NCBI GenBank assembly: GCA_964016885.1
Contig: OZ024741.1
Coordinates: 14,632,001 to 14,696,000 of the forward strand
Source: Eledone cirrhosa
Lineage: Eukaryota
DNA: 64,000 bases
Reading direction: 5' to 3'
This document shows, piece by piece, positions 23,901-41,900 of this stretch. Position numbers and translations under genes: made by a program. Every line of letters begins with the position of its first letter. Position 1 is the stretch's first letter. A model generated the notes under the pieces. That model saw nothing but the letters and a program-made list of their open reading frames with translations. It had not been told where the DNA came from and did no database searches.

Positions 23901-26900
23901 ACAATACTAACTCACCAATAATATGAACCTACTATACTAACTCAACAAATTATATTAACCTTCTGTACTAACTCACCATGTATATTAACCTACGATACTA
24001 ACTCACCAAGTATATTAACCTACTATACTAACCACCAACTATATTAACCTACTATACTAACTCACCAATTATATTAACATACTATACTAACTCACCAAGT
24101 ACATTAACATACTATACTAACTCACCATGTATATTACACAAATATACTAATGAACCGAGAGTATTAGGCTTCTGTACTAACACACTAAGTATATTAACCT
24201 ACTATAGTAACTCACCAAGTATATTAACCTACTATACTAACTCACCAAGTTTATTAACCTACTGTACTAACTCACCAATTATATTAACCTTCTGTCCCAA
24301 CTCAGCAAGTATATTAACCTACTATAGTAACTCACCAATGATATTAACATATTATACTAAATCACCAAGTATATTAACCTACTCTACTAACTCACCAAGT
24401 ATATTAACGTTCTATAATAACTCTCCAATTATATTAACATACTATACTAACTCACCAATTATATTAATATTCTGTACTAACTCACCAAATTTATTAACCA
24501 ACTATACTAACTCACCAAGTATATTAACCTACTATAATAACTCACCAATCATATTAACCTACTATACTAACTCATCAAGTATATTGACCTTCTGTACTAA
24601 CTCACCAAGTATATTAACCTACTATACTAACTCACCAAGTATATTAACATACTATACTAACTCACCAAGTATATTATCCTACTATACTATCTCACCAATT
24701 ATATTAACCTACTATACTAACTCACCAAGTATATTAACCTACTATACTAACTCAGCAAGTATATTAACTTACTATACTAACTCACAAAGCATATTAACCT
24801 ACTATACTAACTCACCAAGTATATTAACCTACTGTACTAACTCACCAAGTATATTAACCTACTATACTAACTCACCAAGTATATTAACCTACTATACTAA
24901 CTCAGCAAGTATATTAACCTACTATACTAACTCATCAAGTATGTTAACTTTCTGTACTAACACACCAAGTATATTAACCTACTATACAAACTCACCATCT
25001 ATATTAACCTACTATAATATCTCACCAAGTATATTAACCTACTATACTAACTCACAAATTATATTAACCTACTATACTAACTCACCAATTATATTAACCT
25101 ACTATACTAACTCACCAAGTATATTAACCTATTATACTAACTCACCATCTATATTAACCTACTATACTAACTCACCAAGTATATTGAACTACTATACTAA
25201 CTCACCAATTATATTAACCTACTAAACTAACTCACCAATTATATTAACCTACTATACTATCTCACCAAGTATATTAACATTCTGTACTAACTCACCAAGT
25301 ATATTAACCTACTAAACTAGCTCACCAATTATATTAACCTACTATACTAACTCACAAAGCATATTAACCTACTATACTAACACCAAGTATATTAACATAT
25401 TATACTAACTCACCAAGTATATTAACCTACTATACTATCTCACCAAGTATATTAACATTCTGTACTAACTCACCAACTATATGACCATACTATACTACCT
25501 CAACAAATAATATTAACCTTCTGTACTAACTCACCAAGTATATTAACCTACTATACTAACTCACCAAGTATATTAACCTACTATACTAACTCACCATGTA
25601 TATTAACCTACTATACTAACTCACCAAGTATATTAACCTACTATACTAACTCACCAATTATATTAACCTACTATACTAACTCACCAAGTATATTAACCTA
25701 CTATACTAACTCACCAAGTATATTAACCTACTATACTAACTCACCAATCATATTAACCTCCTATACTAAATCAACAATTATATTAACCTTCTGTACTAAC
25801 TCACCAAGTATATTAACCTACTATACTAACTCACCAAGTATTTTAACATACTATACTAACTCACCAAGTATATTAACCTACTATACTAACTCACCAAGTA
25901 TATTAACATACTATACTAACACACCAAGTATATTAACCTACTATACTAACTCAGCAAGTATATTAACATACTATACTAACTCACCAAGCATATTAACCTA
26001 CTATACTAACTCACCAAGTATACTAACCTACTATACTAACTCACCAAGTATATTAACCTACTATACTAACTCACACAGTATATTACCCTACTATACTAAC
26101 TCCCCAAGTATATTAACCTACTATACTAACTCACCAAGTATATTAACTTACTATACTAACTCACCAATTACATTAAACTACTATACCAACTCAACAATAA
26201 TATTAGCCTAGTTTACTAACTCACCAAGTATATAATTTACTATACTAACTCCCCAATTATATTAACATACTTTACTAACTCACCAATTTTATTAACCTTC
26301 CCTACTAACTCACCACGTTTGTTAACCTACTATACAAACTGACCAAGTATATTAACATACTATACTAACTCACCAAGTATATTAACCTTCTGTACTAACT
26401 CACCAATTATATTAACCTACTATACTAACTCATCAATTATATTAACCTATTATACACACTCACCAAGTATATTAATCTACTATAAAAACCCACCAAGGAT
26501 ATTAACTTATTATACTAACTCACCATGTATATTAACCTACTATACAAACTCACCAATTATATGAACCTACTATACTAACTCAACAACTATATTAATCTTC
26601 AGTACTAACTCACCAAGTATTTTAACCTACTATACTAACTCACCAATAATATGAACCTACTATACTAACCACCAACTATATTAACCTACTATACTAACTC
26701 ACCAAGTATATTCACATACTATACTAACTCACCATGTATATTACACAAATATACTAATGAACCGAGAGTATTAGGCTTCTGTACTAACACACTAAGTATA
26801 TTAACCTACTATAGTAACTCACCAAGTATATTAACCTACTATACTAACTCACCAAGTATATTAACCTACTGTACTAACTCACCAAGTATATTAATCTACT

Positions 26901-29900
26901 ATACTAACTCACCAAGTATATTAACCTACTATACTAACTCATCAAGTATATTAACCTTCCGTACTAACTCACCAAGTATATTAATCTACTATACTAACTC
27001 ACCAATTATATTACCTACTATACTAACTCACCAAGTATATTAACCTACTATACTAACTCACCAATTATATTAATCTACTATATTAACTCACCAAGTATAT
27101 TAACCTAGTATACTAACTAACCAAGTATATTCACCTTCTATACTAACTCATCAATTATATTAGCCTTCTGTACTGACTCCCCAAGTATATTAAACTACTA
27201 GAGTAATTCACTAAGTATATTAACCTATTATCCTAAATCACCAATTATATTAACCTATTATACTAACTCACCAAGTATATTAACCTACTGTACTAACTCA
27301 CCAAGTATATTCACCTTCTATACTAACTCACCAATTATATTAACCTTCTGTACTAACTCACCAAATATATTAACCTACTATACTAACTCACCAAGTATAT
27401 TAAACTACTATAATAACTCATCAAGTATATTAACCTACTATACTAACTCACTAAGTCTATTAATCTTCTATACTAACTCACAATTATATTAACCTACGAT
27501 ACTAACTCACCAATTATATTAATTTTATGTACTAACTCACCAAGTTTATTAGCCTACTATACTAACTCACCAAGTATATTAACCTACTATACTCACTCAT
27601 CAATTATATTAACCTACTATACTAACACACCAATTATAAAAACATACTATACTAACTCACCAAGTATATTAACCTACTATACTAACTCACCAAGTATATT
27701 AACCTACTATACTAACTCAACAAGTATATTAACCTACTATGCTAACTCACCAAGTATATTAACCTATTATTCTAACTCACCAAATATATTAACCTACTAT
27801 ACTAACTCACCAATTATATGAACCTACTATACTAACTCAACAACTATATTAACCTTCTGTACTAACTCACCAAGTATATTAACCTACTATACTAAATCAC
27901 CAACTATATTAACCTACAGTCCTAACTCAGCAAGTATTTTAACCTACTATACTAACTCATCAATTATATTAACCTATTATACTAACTCACCAAGTATATT
28001 AACCTACTGTACTAACTCACCATGTATATTAAACTACTATACTAAATCAACAATTATATTAATCTTCTGTACTATCTCACCAAATTTATTAACCTACTAT
28101 ACTAACTCACCAAGTATATTAACCTACTATACTAACTCACCAATTATATTAACCTACTATACTAAATCAACAATTATATTAATCTTCTGTACTAACTCAC
28201 CAAGTATATTAACCTACTATACTAACTCACCAAGTATATTAACCTACTATACTAACTCCCCAAGAAAATTAACCTACTATACTAACTCTCCAAGTATATT
28301 AACCTTCTGTACTAATTCACCAATTATTAACCTACTATAATAACTCATCAATTATATTAACTACTATACTAACGCACCAGGTATATTAACCTACTATATT
28401 AACGAACTGCGAGTATTACCCTTCTGTACTAACTCACCAAGTATATTAACCTACTATACAAACTCACCAATTATATTAACCTACTATACTAACTTACCAA
28501 GTATATTAACCAACTATACTAATGAACCGAGAGTATTAGGCTTCTGTACTAACACGCTAAGTATAGTGACCTACTATAGTAACTCACCAAGTATATTAAC
28601 ATACTATACTAACTCACCAAGTATATTAACCTACTATACTAACTCACCAAGTATATTAACATACTATACTAACACACCAAGTATATTAACCTACTATACT
28701 AACTCAGCAATTATATTAACATACTATACTAACTCACCAAGTATATTAACCTACTATACTAACTCACCAAGTATATTAACCTACTATACTAACTCACACA
28801 GTATATTAACCTACTATACTAACTCCCCAAGTATATTAACCTACTATACTAACTCACCAAGTATATTAACTTACTATACTAACTCACCAATTACATTAAA
28901 CTACTATACCAACTCAACAATTATATTAGCCTAGTTTACTAACTCACCAAGTATATAATTTACTCTACTAACTCCCCAATTATATTAACCTACTTTACTA
29001 ACTCACCAATTTTATTAACCTTCCCTAATAACTCACCACGTATATTAACCTACTATACAAACTCACCAAGAATATTAACCTATTATACTAACTCACCATG
29101 TATATTAACCTACTATACAAACTCACCAATTATATGAACCTACTATACTAACTCAACAACTATATTAATCTTCTGTACTAACTCACCAAGTATATTAACC
29201 TACTATTCTAACTCACCAACTATATTAACCTACAGTCCTAACTCACCAAGTATTTTAACCTACAATACTAACTCACCAATAATATGAACTTACTATACTA
29301 ACTCAACAAATTATATTAACCTTCTGTACTAACTCACCAAGTATATTAACCTACTATACTAACTCACCAAGTATATTAACCTACTATACTAACCACCAAC
29401 TATATTAACCTACTATACTAACTCACCAAGTATATTAACATACTATACTAACTCACCAAGTATATTAACATACTATAATAACTCACCATGTATGTTACAC
29501 AAATATACTAATGAACCGAGAGTATTAGGCTTCTGTACTAACACACTAAGTATATTAACCTACTATAGTAACTCACCAAGTATATTAACCTACTATACTA
29601 ACTCACCAAGTTTATTAAACTACTGTACTAACTCACCAATTATATTAACCTTCTGTCCCAACTCAGCAAGTATATTAACCTACTATAGTAACTCACCAAT
29701 TATATTAACATATTATACTAACTCACCAAGTATATTAACGTTCTATAATAACTCACCAATTATATTAACATACTATACTAACTCACCAATTATATTAATA
29801 TTCTGTACTAACTCACCAAATTTATTAACCAACTATACTAACTCACCAAGTATATTAACCTACTATAATAACTCACCAATCATATTAACCTACTATACTA

Positions 29901-32900
29901 ACTCATCAAGTATATTGACCTTCTGTACTAACTCACCAAGTATATTAACCTACTATACTAACTCACCAAGTATATTAACATACTATACTAACTCACCAAG
30001 TATATTATCCTACTATACTAACTCACCAATTATATTAACCTACTATACTAACTCACCAAGTATATTAACCTACTATACTAACTCAGCAAGTATATTAACA
30101 TACTATACTAACTCACCAAGCATATTAACCTACTGTACTAACTCACCAAGTATATTAACCTACTGTACTAACTCACCAAGTATATTAACCTACTATACTA
30201 ACTCACCAAGTATATTAACCTACTATACTAACTCAGCAAGTATATTAACCTACTATACTAACTCATCAAGTATGTTAACTTTCTGTATTAACACACCAAG
30301 TATATTAACCTACTATACAAATTCACCATCTATATTAACCTACTATACTAACTCACCAAGTATATTGACCTACTATACTAACTCACAAATTATATTAACC
30401 TACTATACTAACTCACCAATTATATTAACCTACTATACTAACTCACCAAGTATATTAACCTATTATACTAACTCACCATCTATATTAACCTACTATACTA
30501 ACTCACCAAGTATATTGACCTACTATACTAACTCACCAATTATATTAACCTACTAAACTAACTCACCAATTATATTAACCTACTATACTATCTCACCAAG
30601 TATATTAACATTCTGTACTAACTCACCAAGTATATTAACCTACTATACTAACTCACCAATTATATTAACCTACTAAACTATCTCTCCAAGTATATTAACC
30701 TACTATGCTAATTCACCAATTATATTAACCTACTAAACTAACTCACCAATTATATTAACCTACTATACTAACTCACCAAGTATATTAACCTACTATACTA
30801 ACTCACCAATTATATTAACCTACTATACTAACTCACCAAGTATATTAACCTACTATACTAACTCACCAATCATATTAACCTCCTATACTAAATCAACAAT
30901 TATATTAACCTTCTGTACTAACTCACCAAGTATATTAACCTACTATACTAACTCACCAAGTATTTTAAAATACTATACTAACTCACCAAGTATATTAACC
31001 TACTATACTAACTCACCAAGTATATTAACATACTATACTAACACACCAAGTATATTAACCTACTATACTGACTCAGCAAGTATATTAACATACTATACTA
31101 ACTCACCAAGCATATTAACCTACTATACTAACTCACCAAGTATATTAACCTACTATACTAACTCACCAAGTATATTAACCTACTATACTAACTCACACAG
31201 TATATTACCCTACTATACTAACTCCCCAAGTATATTAACCTACTATACTAACTCACCAAGTATATTAACTTACTATACTAACTCACCAATTACATTAAAC
31301 TACTATACCAACTAAACAATTATATTAGCCTAGTTTACTAACTCACCAAGTATATAATTTACTATACTAACTCCCCAATTATATTAACCTACTTTACTAA
31401 CTCACCAATTTTATTAACCTTCCGTACTAACTCACCACGTATGTTAACCTACTATACAAACTCACCAAGTATATTAACATACTATACTAACTCACCAAGT
31501 ATATTAACCTTCTGTTCTAACTCACCAATTATATTAACCTACTATACTAACTCATCAATTATATTAACCTACTATACACACTCACCAAGTATATTAATCT
31601 ACTATACTAAACAACCAAGTATATTAACCTATTATACTAACTCACCATGTATATTAACCTACTATACAAACTCACCAATTATATGAACCTACTATACTAA
31701 CTCAACAACTATATTAATCTTCTGTACTAACTCACCAAGTATTTTAACCTACTATACTAACTCACTAATAATATGAACCTACTATACTAACTCAACAAAT
31801 TATATTAACCTTCTGTACTAACTCACCATGTATATTAACCTACTATACTAACTCACCAAGTATATTAACCAACTATAATAACTCCCCAAGAAAATTAACC
31901 TACTATACTAACTCTCCAAGTATATTAACCTTCTGTACTAATTCACCAATTATATTAATCTACTATAATAACTCATCAATTATATTAACTACTATACTAA
32001 CTCACCAGGTATATTAACCTACTATATTAACGATCTGCGAGTATTAACCTTCTGTACTAACTCACCAAGTATATTAACCTACTATACAAACTCACCAATT
32101 ATATTAACCTACTATACTATCTTACCAAGTATATTAACCAACTATACTAATGAACCGAGTGTATTAGGCTTCTGTACTAACACGCTAAGTATAGTGACCT
32201 ACTATAGTAACTCACCAAGTGTATTAACCTACTATACTAACTCACCAAGTATATTAACCTACTGTACTAACTCACCACGTCAATTAACCTACTATACTAA
32301 CTCACCAAGTATATTAAACTAATATACTAACTCATCAAGTATATTAACCTTCTGTACTAACTCACCAAGTATATTAATCTACTATACTAACTCACCAATT
32401 ATATTAACCTACTATACTAACTCACCAAGTATATTAACCTACTATACTAAGTCACCAATTATATTAACCCCCTATATTAACTCACCAAGTATATTACCCT
32501 ACTATACTAACGCACCAATTATATTAACCTATTATACTGACTCAACAAGTATATTAACCTACTGTAATAACTAACCAATTATATTCAACTTCTATACTAA
32601 CTCACCAATTATATTAGCCTTCTGTACAAACTCCCCAAGTATATTAACCTACTATACTAATTCACTAAGTATATTAACCTACTATACTAAAGCACCAATT
32701 ATATTAACCTATTATACTAACTCACCAAGTATATTCAGGTTCTATACTAACTCACCAATTATATTAACCTTCTGTACTAACTCACCAAGTATATTAATTT
32801 ACTATACTAACTCCCCAATTATATTAACCTACTATACTAACTCGCCAATTATATAAACCTACTATACTAACTAACCAATTATATTTACCTACTATACTAA

Positions 32901-35900
32901 ATCACAAAGTATATTAACCTTGTAAACTAACTAACAAACATATTAACCTACTATACTAACTCACCAAGTATATTAACCTAATATACTAACTCACCAATTA
33001 TATTAACCTATTATACTAACTCACCAAGTATATTCACCTTCTATAATAACTCACTAATTATATTAACCTTCTGTACAAACTCACCAAATATATTAACCTA
33101 CTATACTAACTCAGCAAGTATATTAACCTACTATACTAACTCACCAAGTATATGAACCTACTATTTTAACTCACCAATTATATTAACCTACTATACTAAC
33201 TCACCAATTATATTAACCTACTATACTAACTCACCAAGTATATTAATTTTATGTACTAACTCACCAATTATATTAGCCTTCTGTACTAACTTCCCAAGTA
33301 TATTAACCTACTATACTAATTCACTAAGTATATTAACCTACTATACTAACGCACCAATTATATTAACCTATTATACTAACTCACCATGTATATTCACCTA
33401 CTGTAATAACTCACCAAGTATATTCACCTTATATACTAACTCACCAATTATATTAACCTTCTGTACTAACTCATCAAAAATATTAACCTACTATACTAAC
33501 TCACCAAGTATTTTAACCTACTATACTAACTCACCAAGTATATTAACCTACTATACTAACTCACCACGTATATTAACCTACTATACTAACTCAACAAGTA
33601 TATTAACCTACTATGCTAACTCTCCAAGTATATTAACCTATTATACTATCTCACCAAGTATATTAATCTACTATAATTATTCTTCAAGTATATGAACCTA
33701 CTATACTAACTCAACAACTATATTAACCTTCTGTACTAACTCACTTAGTATATTAACCTACTATACTAAATCACCAACTATATTAACCTACAGTCCTATC
33801 TCAGCAAGTATTTTAACCTACTATACTAACTCATCAATTATATTAACCTATTATACTAACTCCCCAAGTATATTAACCTACTGTACTAACTCACCATGTA
33901 TATTAACCTACTATACTAACTCACCAATTGTATTAACCTACTATACTAAATCAACAATTGTATTAATCTGCTGTACTATCTCACCAAATTTATTAACCTA
34001 CTATACTAACTCACTAAGTATATTAACCTACTATACTAACTCACCAATTATATTAACCTACTATACTAAATCAACAATTATATTAATCTTCTGTACTAAC
34101 TCACCAAGTATATTAACCTACTATACTAACTCACCAAGTATATTAACCTACTATACTAACTCCCCAAGAATATTAACCTACTATACTAACTCTCCAAGTA
34201 TATTAACCTTCTGTACTAATTCACCAATTATATTAACCTACTATAATAACTCATCAATTATATTAACTACTATACTAACTCACCAGGTATATTAACCTAC
34301 TATATGAACGAACTGCGAGTATTAAGCTTCTGTACTAACTCAACAAGTATATTAACCTACTATACAGACTCACCAATTATATTAACCTACTATACTAACT
34401 CAACAAATTATATTAATCTTCTGTACTAACTCACCAAGTATATTAACCTACTATACTAACTCACAAAGTATATTAACCTACTATACTAACCACCAAGTAT
34501 ATTAACCTACTATACTAACTCACCAAGTATATTAACATACTATACTAACTCACCAAGTATATCAACCAACTATACTAATGAACCGAGTGTATTAGGCTTC
34601 TGTACTAACACACTAAGTATAGTGACCTACTATACTAACTCACCAAGTATATTAACCTACTGTACTAACTCACCACGTATATTAACCTACTATACTAACT
34701 CACCAAGTATATTAAACTACTATACTAACTCATCAAGTATATTAACCTTCTGTACTAACTCACCAAGTATATTAATCTACTATACTAACTCACCAAATAT
34801 ATAAACCTACTATACTAACTCACCAAGTATATTAACATACTATACTAACACACCAAGTATATTAACCTACTATACTAACTCAGCAAGTATATTAACATAC
34901 TATACTAACTCACCAAGCATATTAACCTACTATACTAATTCACCAAGTATATTAACCTACTATACTAACTCACCAAGTATTTTAACCTACTATACTAACT
35001 CACACAGTATATTACCCTACTATACTAACTCCCCAAGTATATTAACCTACTATACTAACTCACCAAGTATATTAACTTACTATACTAACTTACCAATTAC
35101 ATTAAACTACTATACCAACTAAACAATTATATTAGCCTAGTTTACTAACTCACCAAGTATATAATTTACTATACTAACTCCCCAATTATATTAACCTACT
35201 TTACTAACTCACCAATTTTATTAACCTTCCGTACTAACTCACCACGTATGTTAACCTACTATACAAACTCACCAAGTATATTAACATACTATACTAACTC
35301 ACCAAGTATATTAACCTTCTGTTCTAACTCACCAATTATATTAACCTACTATACTAACTCATCAATTATATTAACCTACTATACACACTCACCAAGTATA
35401 TTAATCTACTATACTAAACAACCAAGTATATTAACCTATTATACTAACTCACCATGTATATTAACCTACTATACAAACTCACCAATTATATGAACCTACT
35501 ATACTAACTCAACAACTATATTAATCTTCTGTACTAACTCACCAAGTATATTAACCTACTATACTAACTCACCAACTATATTAACCTACAGTCCTAACTC
35601 ACCAAGTATTTTAACCTACTATACTAACTCACCAATAATATGAACCTACTATACTAACTCAACAAATTATATTAACCTTCTGTACTAACTCACCATGTAT
35701 ATTAACCTACTATACTAACTCACCAAGTATATTAACCAACTATAATAACTCCCCAAGAAAATTAACCTACTATACTAACTCTCCAAGTATATTAACCTTC
35801 TGTACTAATTCACCAATTATATTAACCTACTATAATAACTCATCAATTATATTAACTACTATACTAACTCACCAGGTATATTAACCTACTATATTAACGA

Positions 35901-38900
35901 TCTGCGAGTATTAACCTTCTGTACTAACTCACCAAGTATATTAACCTACTATACAAACTCACCAATTATATTAACCTACTATACTAACTTACCAAGTATA
36001 TTAACCAACTATACTAATGAACCGAGAGTATTAGGCTTCTGTACTAACACGCTAAGTATAGTGACCTACTATAGTAACTCACCAAGTGTATTAACCTACT
36101 ATACTAACTCACCAAGTATATTAACCTACTGTACTAACTCACCACGTCAATTAACCTACTATACTAACTCACCAAGTATATTAAACTAATATACTAACTC
36201 ATCAAGTATATTAACCTTCTGTACTAACTCACCAAGTATATTAATCTACTATACTAACTCACCAATTATATTAACCAACTATACTAACTCACCAAGTATA
36301 TTAACCTACTATACTAAGTCACCAAATATATTAAGCCCCTATATTAACTCACCAAGTATATTACCCTACTATACTAACGCACCAATTATATTAACCTATT
36401 ATACTGACTCAACAAGTATATTAACCTACTGTAATAACTAACCAATTATATTCAACTTCTATACTAACTCACCAATTATATTAGCCTTCTGTACAAACTC
36501 CCCAAGTATATTAACCTACTATACTAATTCACTAAGTATATTAACCTATTATACTAACTCACCATGTATATTCAGGTTCTATACTAACTCACCAATTATA
36601 TTAACCTTCTGTACTAACTCACCAAGTATATTAATTTACTATACTATCTCCCCAATTATATTAACCTACTATACTAACTCGCCAATTATATAAACCTACT
36701 ATACTAACTCACCAATTATATTTACCTACTATACTAAATCACAAAGTATATTAACCTTGTAAACTAACTAACAAATATATTAACCTACTATACTAACTCA
36801 CGAAGTATATTAACCTAATATACTAACTCACCAATTATATTAACCTATTATACTAACTCACCAAGTATATTCACCTTCTATAATAACTCACTAATTATAT
36901 TAACCTTCTGTACAAACTCACCAAATATATTAACCTACTATACTAACTCAGCAAGTATATTAACCTACTATACTAACTCACCAAGTATATGAACCTACTA
37001 TTTTAACTCACCAATTATATTAACCTACTATACTAACTCACCAATTATATTAACCTACTATACTAACTCACCAAGTATATTAATTTTATGTACTAACTCA
37101 CCAATTATATTAACCTTTTATACTAACTCACCATGTATATTAACCTACTATACTAATTCACCAAGTATATTAACCTACTATACTAACTCACCAAGTATAT
37201 TAATCTAGTATACTAACTAACCAAGTATATTCACCTTCTATTCTAACTCACCAATTATATTAGCCTTCTGTACTAACTTCCCAAGTATATTAACCTACTA
37301 TACTAATTCACTAAGTATATTAACCTACTATACTAACGCACCAATTATATTAACCTATTATACTAACTCACCATGTATATTCACCTACTGTAATAACTCA
37401 CCAAGTATATTCACCTTATATACTAACTCACCAATTATATTAACCTTCTGTACTAACTCATCAAAAATATTAACCTACTATACTAACTCACCAAGTATTT
37501 TAACCTACTATACTAACTCACCAAGTATATTAACCTAGTATACTAACTCACCAAGTATATTAACCTACTATACTAACTCAACAAGTATATTAACCTACTA
37601 TGCTAACTCTCCAAGTATATTAACCTATTATACTAACTCACCAAGTATATTAATCTACTATAATTATTCTTCAAGTATATGAACCTACTATACTAACTCA
37701 ACAACTATATTAACCTTCTGTACTAACTCACTTAGTATATTAACCTACTATACTAAATCACCAACTATATTAACCTACAGTCCTATCTCAGCAAGTATTT
37801 TAACCTACTATACTAACTCATCAATTATATTAACCTATTATACTAACTCCCCAAGTATATTAACCTACTGTACTAACTCACCATGTATATTAACCTACTA
37901 TACTAACTCACCAATTGTATTAACCTACTATACTAAATCAACAATTATATTAATCTGCTGTACTATCTCACCAAATTTATTAACCTACCATACTAACTCA
38001 CCAAATATATAAACCTACTATACTAACTCACCAAGTATATTAACCTACTATACTAACTCACTAAGTATATTAACCTACGATACTAACTAACCGAGTGTAT
38101 TAGCCTTCTGTACTAACTCACCAAGTATATTAACCTACTATACTAACTCACCAAGTATATTAACCTACTATACTAACTCACCAAGTATATTAACCTACTA
38201 TAGTAACTCAACAATTATATTCATTTTCTGTACAAACGCACCAAGTATATTAACCTACTATACTAACTCACACAGTATATTAACCTACTATCCTAACTCA
38301 CCAAGTATATTAACCTATTATACTAACTAAGCGAGAGTATTTGCCTTCCGTACTAACTCACCAAGAATTTGAACTACTATACTATCTCACGACTTATATT
38401 ATCCTACTATACTACCTCACCAAGTATATTAATCTACTATACTAACTAACCGAGAGTATTGGCCTTCTGTACTAACACATCAATTATATTAACCTACTCT
38501 ACTAACTCACCATTATATTAACCTACTACACTAACTCACCAATTATATTAACCTACTATACTAACTAACCGAGTGTATTAGCCTTCTGTACTAACTCACC
38601 AAGTATATTGACCGACTGTACTAACTCGCCAAGTATATTAACCTAATATACTAACTCACCAAATATATTAACCTACTATACTAACTCACCAAGCATATTA
38701 ACCTACTATACTAACTAACCGAGTGTATTAGCCTTCCGTACTAACTCACCAAGTATTTTAACTATTATACTATCTCACCAATTTTATTAACCTACTATAC
38801 GACCTCACAAAGTATATTAACCTACTATACTAACTAACAGAGAGTATTGGCCTTCTGTACTAACACATCAATTATATTAACCTACTATACTAACTCACCA

Positions 38901-41900
38901 TTATATTAACCTACTATACTAACTCACCAATTATATTAACCTACTATATTAACTCACCAATTATATTAACGTTTGTACTAACTCACCAAGTATATTAACT
39001 TACTATACTAACTCACCAATTATATTAACCTACTATAGTAACTCACCAATTATATTAGCCTTCTTTACTAACTCACCAAGTATATTAATTTACTATGCTA
39101 ACTCCCCAATTATATTAACCTACTATACTAACTCGCCAATTATATTAACCTACTATACTAACTCCCCAATTATATTAACCTACTATACTAACTCGCCAAT
39201 TATATTAACCTACTATACTAACTCACCAATTATATTAACCTACTATACTAACTCACCAATTATATTAATCTACTATACTAACTCAAAAGTATATTAATCT
39301 TGTATACTAACTAACCAAGTTTATTAACCCACTGTACTATCTCACCAAGTATATTAACCTACTATACTAACTCACCAAATATATTAACCTATTATACTAA
39401 CTCACCAACTATATTACGCTACTTTACTAATTCACCAAGTATATTCACCTTCTATACTAACTCACCTATTATATTAACCTTCTGTACTAACTGACCAAGT
39501 ATATTAACCTACTATACTAAAGCACCAATTATATTAACCTATTATACTAACTCACCATGTATATTCAGGTTCTATACTAACTCACCAATTATATTAACCT
39601 TCTATACTAACTCACCAAGTATATTAATTTACTATACTAACTCCCCAATTATATTAACCTACTATACTAACTCGCCAATTATATAAACCTACTATACTAA
39701 CTCACCAATTATATTTACCTACTATACTAAATCACAAAGTATATTAACCTTGTAAACTAACTAACAAATATATTAACCTACTATACTAACTCACGAAGTA
39801 TATTAACCTAATATACTAACTCACCAATTATATTAACCTATTATACTAACTCACCAAGTATATTCACCTTCTATAATAACTCACTAATTATATTAACCTT
39901 CTGTACAAACTCACCAAATATATTAACCTACTATACTAACTCAGCAAGTATATTAACCTACTATACTAACTCACCAAGTATATGAACCTACTATTTTAAC
40001 TCACCAATTATATTAACCTACTATACTAACTCACCAATAATATTAACCTACTATACTAACTCACCAAGTATATTAATTTTATGTACTAACTCACCAATTA
40101 TATTAACCTTTTATACTAACTCACCATGTATATTAACCTACTATACTAATTCACCAAGTATATTAACCTACTATACTAACTCACCAAGTATATTAATCTA
40201 GTATACTAACTAACCAAGTATATTCACCTTCTATTCTAACTCACCAATTATATTAGCCTTCTGTACTAACTTCCCAAGTATATTAACCTACTATACTAAT
40301 TCACTAAGTATATTAACCTACTATACTAACGCACCAATTATATTAACCTATTATACTAACTCACCATGTATATTCACCTACTGTAATAACTCACCAAGTA
40401 TATTCACCTTATATACTAACTCACCAATTATATTAACCTTCTGTACTAACTCATCAAAAATATTAACCTACTATACTAACTCACCAAGTATTTTAACCTA
40501 CTATACTAACTCACCAAGTATATTAACCTACTATACTAACTCACCAAGTATATTAACCTACTATACTAACTCAACAAGTATATTAACCTACTATGCTAAC
40601 TCTCCAAGTATATTAACCTATTATACTAACTCACCAAGTATATTAATCTACTATAATTATTCTTCAAGTATATGAACCTACTATACTAACTCAACAACTA
40701 TATTAACCTTCTGTACTAACTCACTTAGTATATTAACCTACTATACTAAATCACCAACTATATTAACCTACAGTCCTATCTCAGCAAGTATTTTAACCTA
40801 CTATACTAACTCATCAATTATATTAACCTATTATACTAACTCCCCAAGTATATTAACCTACTGTACTAACTCACCATGTATATTAACCTACTATACTAAC
40901 TCACCAATTGTATTAACCTACTATACTAAATCAACAATTATATTAATCTGCTGTACTATCTCACCAAATTTATTAACCTACTATACTAACTCACCAAATA
41001 TATAAACCTACTATACTAACTCACCAAGTATATTAACCTACTATACTAACTCACTAAGTATATTAACCTACGATACTAACTAACCGAGTGTATTAGCCTT
41101 CTGTACTAACTCACCAAGTATATTAACCTACTATACTAACTCACCAAGTATATTAACCTACTATACTAACTCACCAAGTATATTAACCTACTATAGTAAC
41201 TCAACAATTATATTCATTTTCTGTACAAACGCACCAAGTATATTAACCTACTATACTAACTCACAAAGTATATTAACCTACTATCCTAACTCACCAAGTA
41301 TATTAACCTATTATACTAACTAAGCGAGAGTATTTGCCTTCCGTACTAACTCACCAAGAATTTGAACTACTATACTATCTCACGACTTATATTATCCTAC
41401 TATACTACCTCACCAAGTATATTAATCTACTATACTAACTAACCGAGAGTATTGGCCTTCTGTACTAACACATCAATTATATTAACCTACTCTACTAACT
41501 CACCATTATATTAACCTACTACACTAACTCACCAATTATATTAACCTACTATACTAACTAACCGAGTGTATTAGCCTTCTGTACTAACTCACCAAGTATA
41601 TTGACCGACTGTACAAACTCGCCAAGTATATTAACCTAATATACTAACTCACCAAATATATTAACATACTATACTAACTCACCAAGCATATTAACCTACT
41701 ATACTAACTAACCGAGTGTATTAGCCTTCCGTACTAACTCACCAAGTATTTTAACTACTATACTATCTCACCAATTTTATTAACCTACTATACGACCTCA
41801 CAAAGTATATTAACCTACTATACTAACTAACAGAGAGTATTGGCCTTCTGTACTAACACATCAATTATATTAACCTACTATACTAACTCACCATTATATT

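Noticed and set aside
21730-35493. LTYYTNSPSI-repeat ORFs (up to 354 aa) as a repeat protein
   Set aside because: A 30-bp monomer is open in one frame by chance; stops and 29/31-bp frameshifting monomers are scattered through the array.
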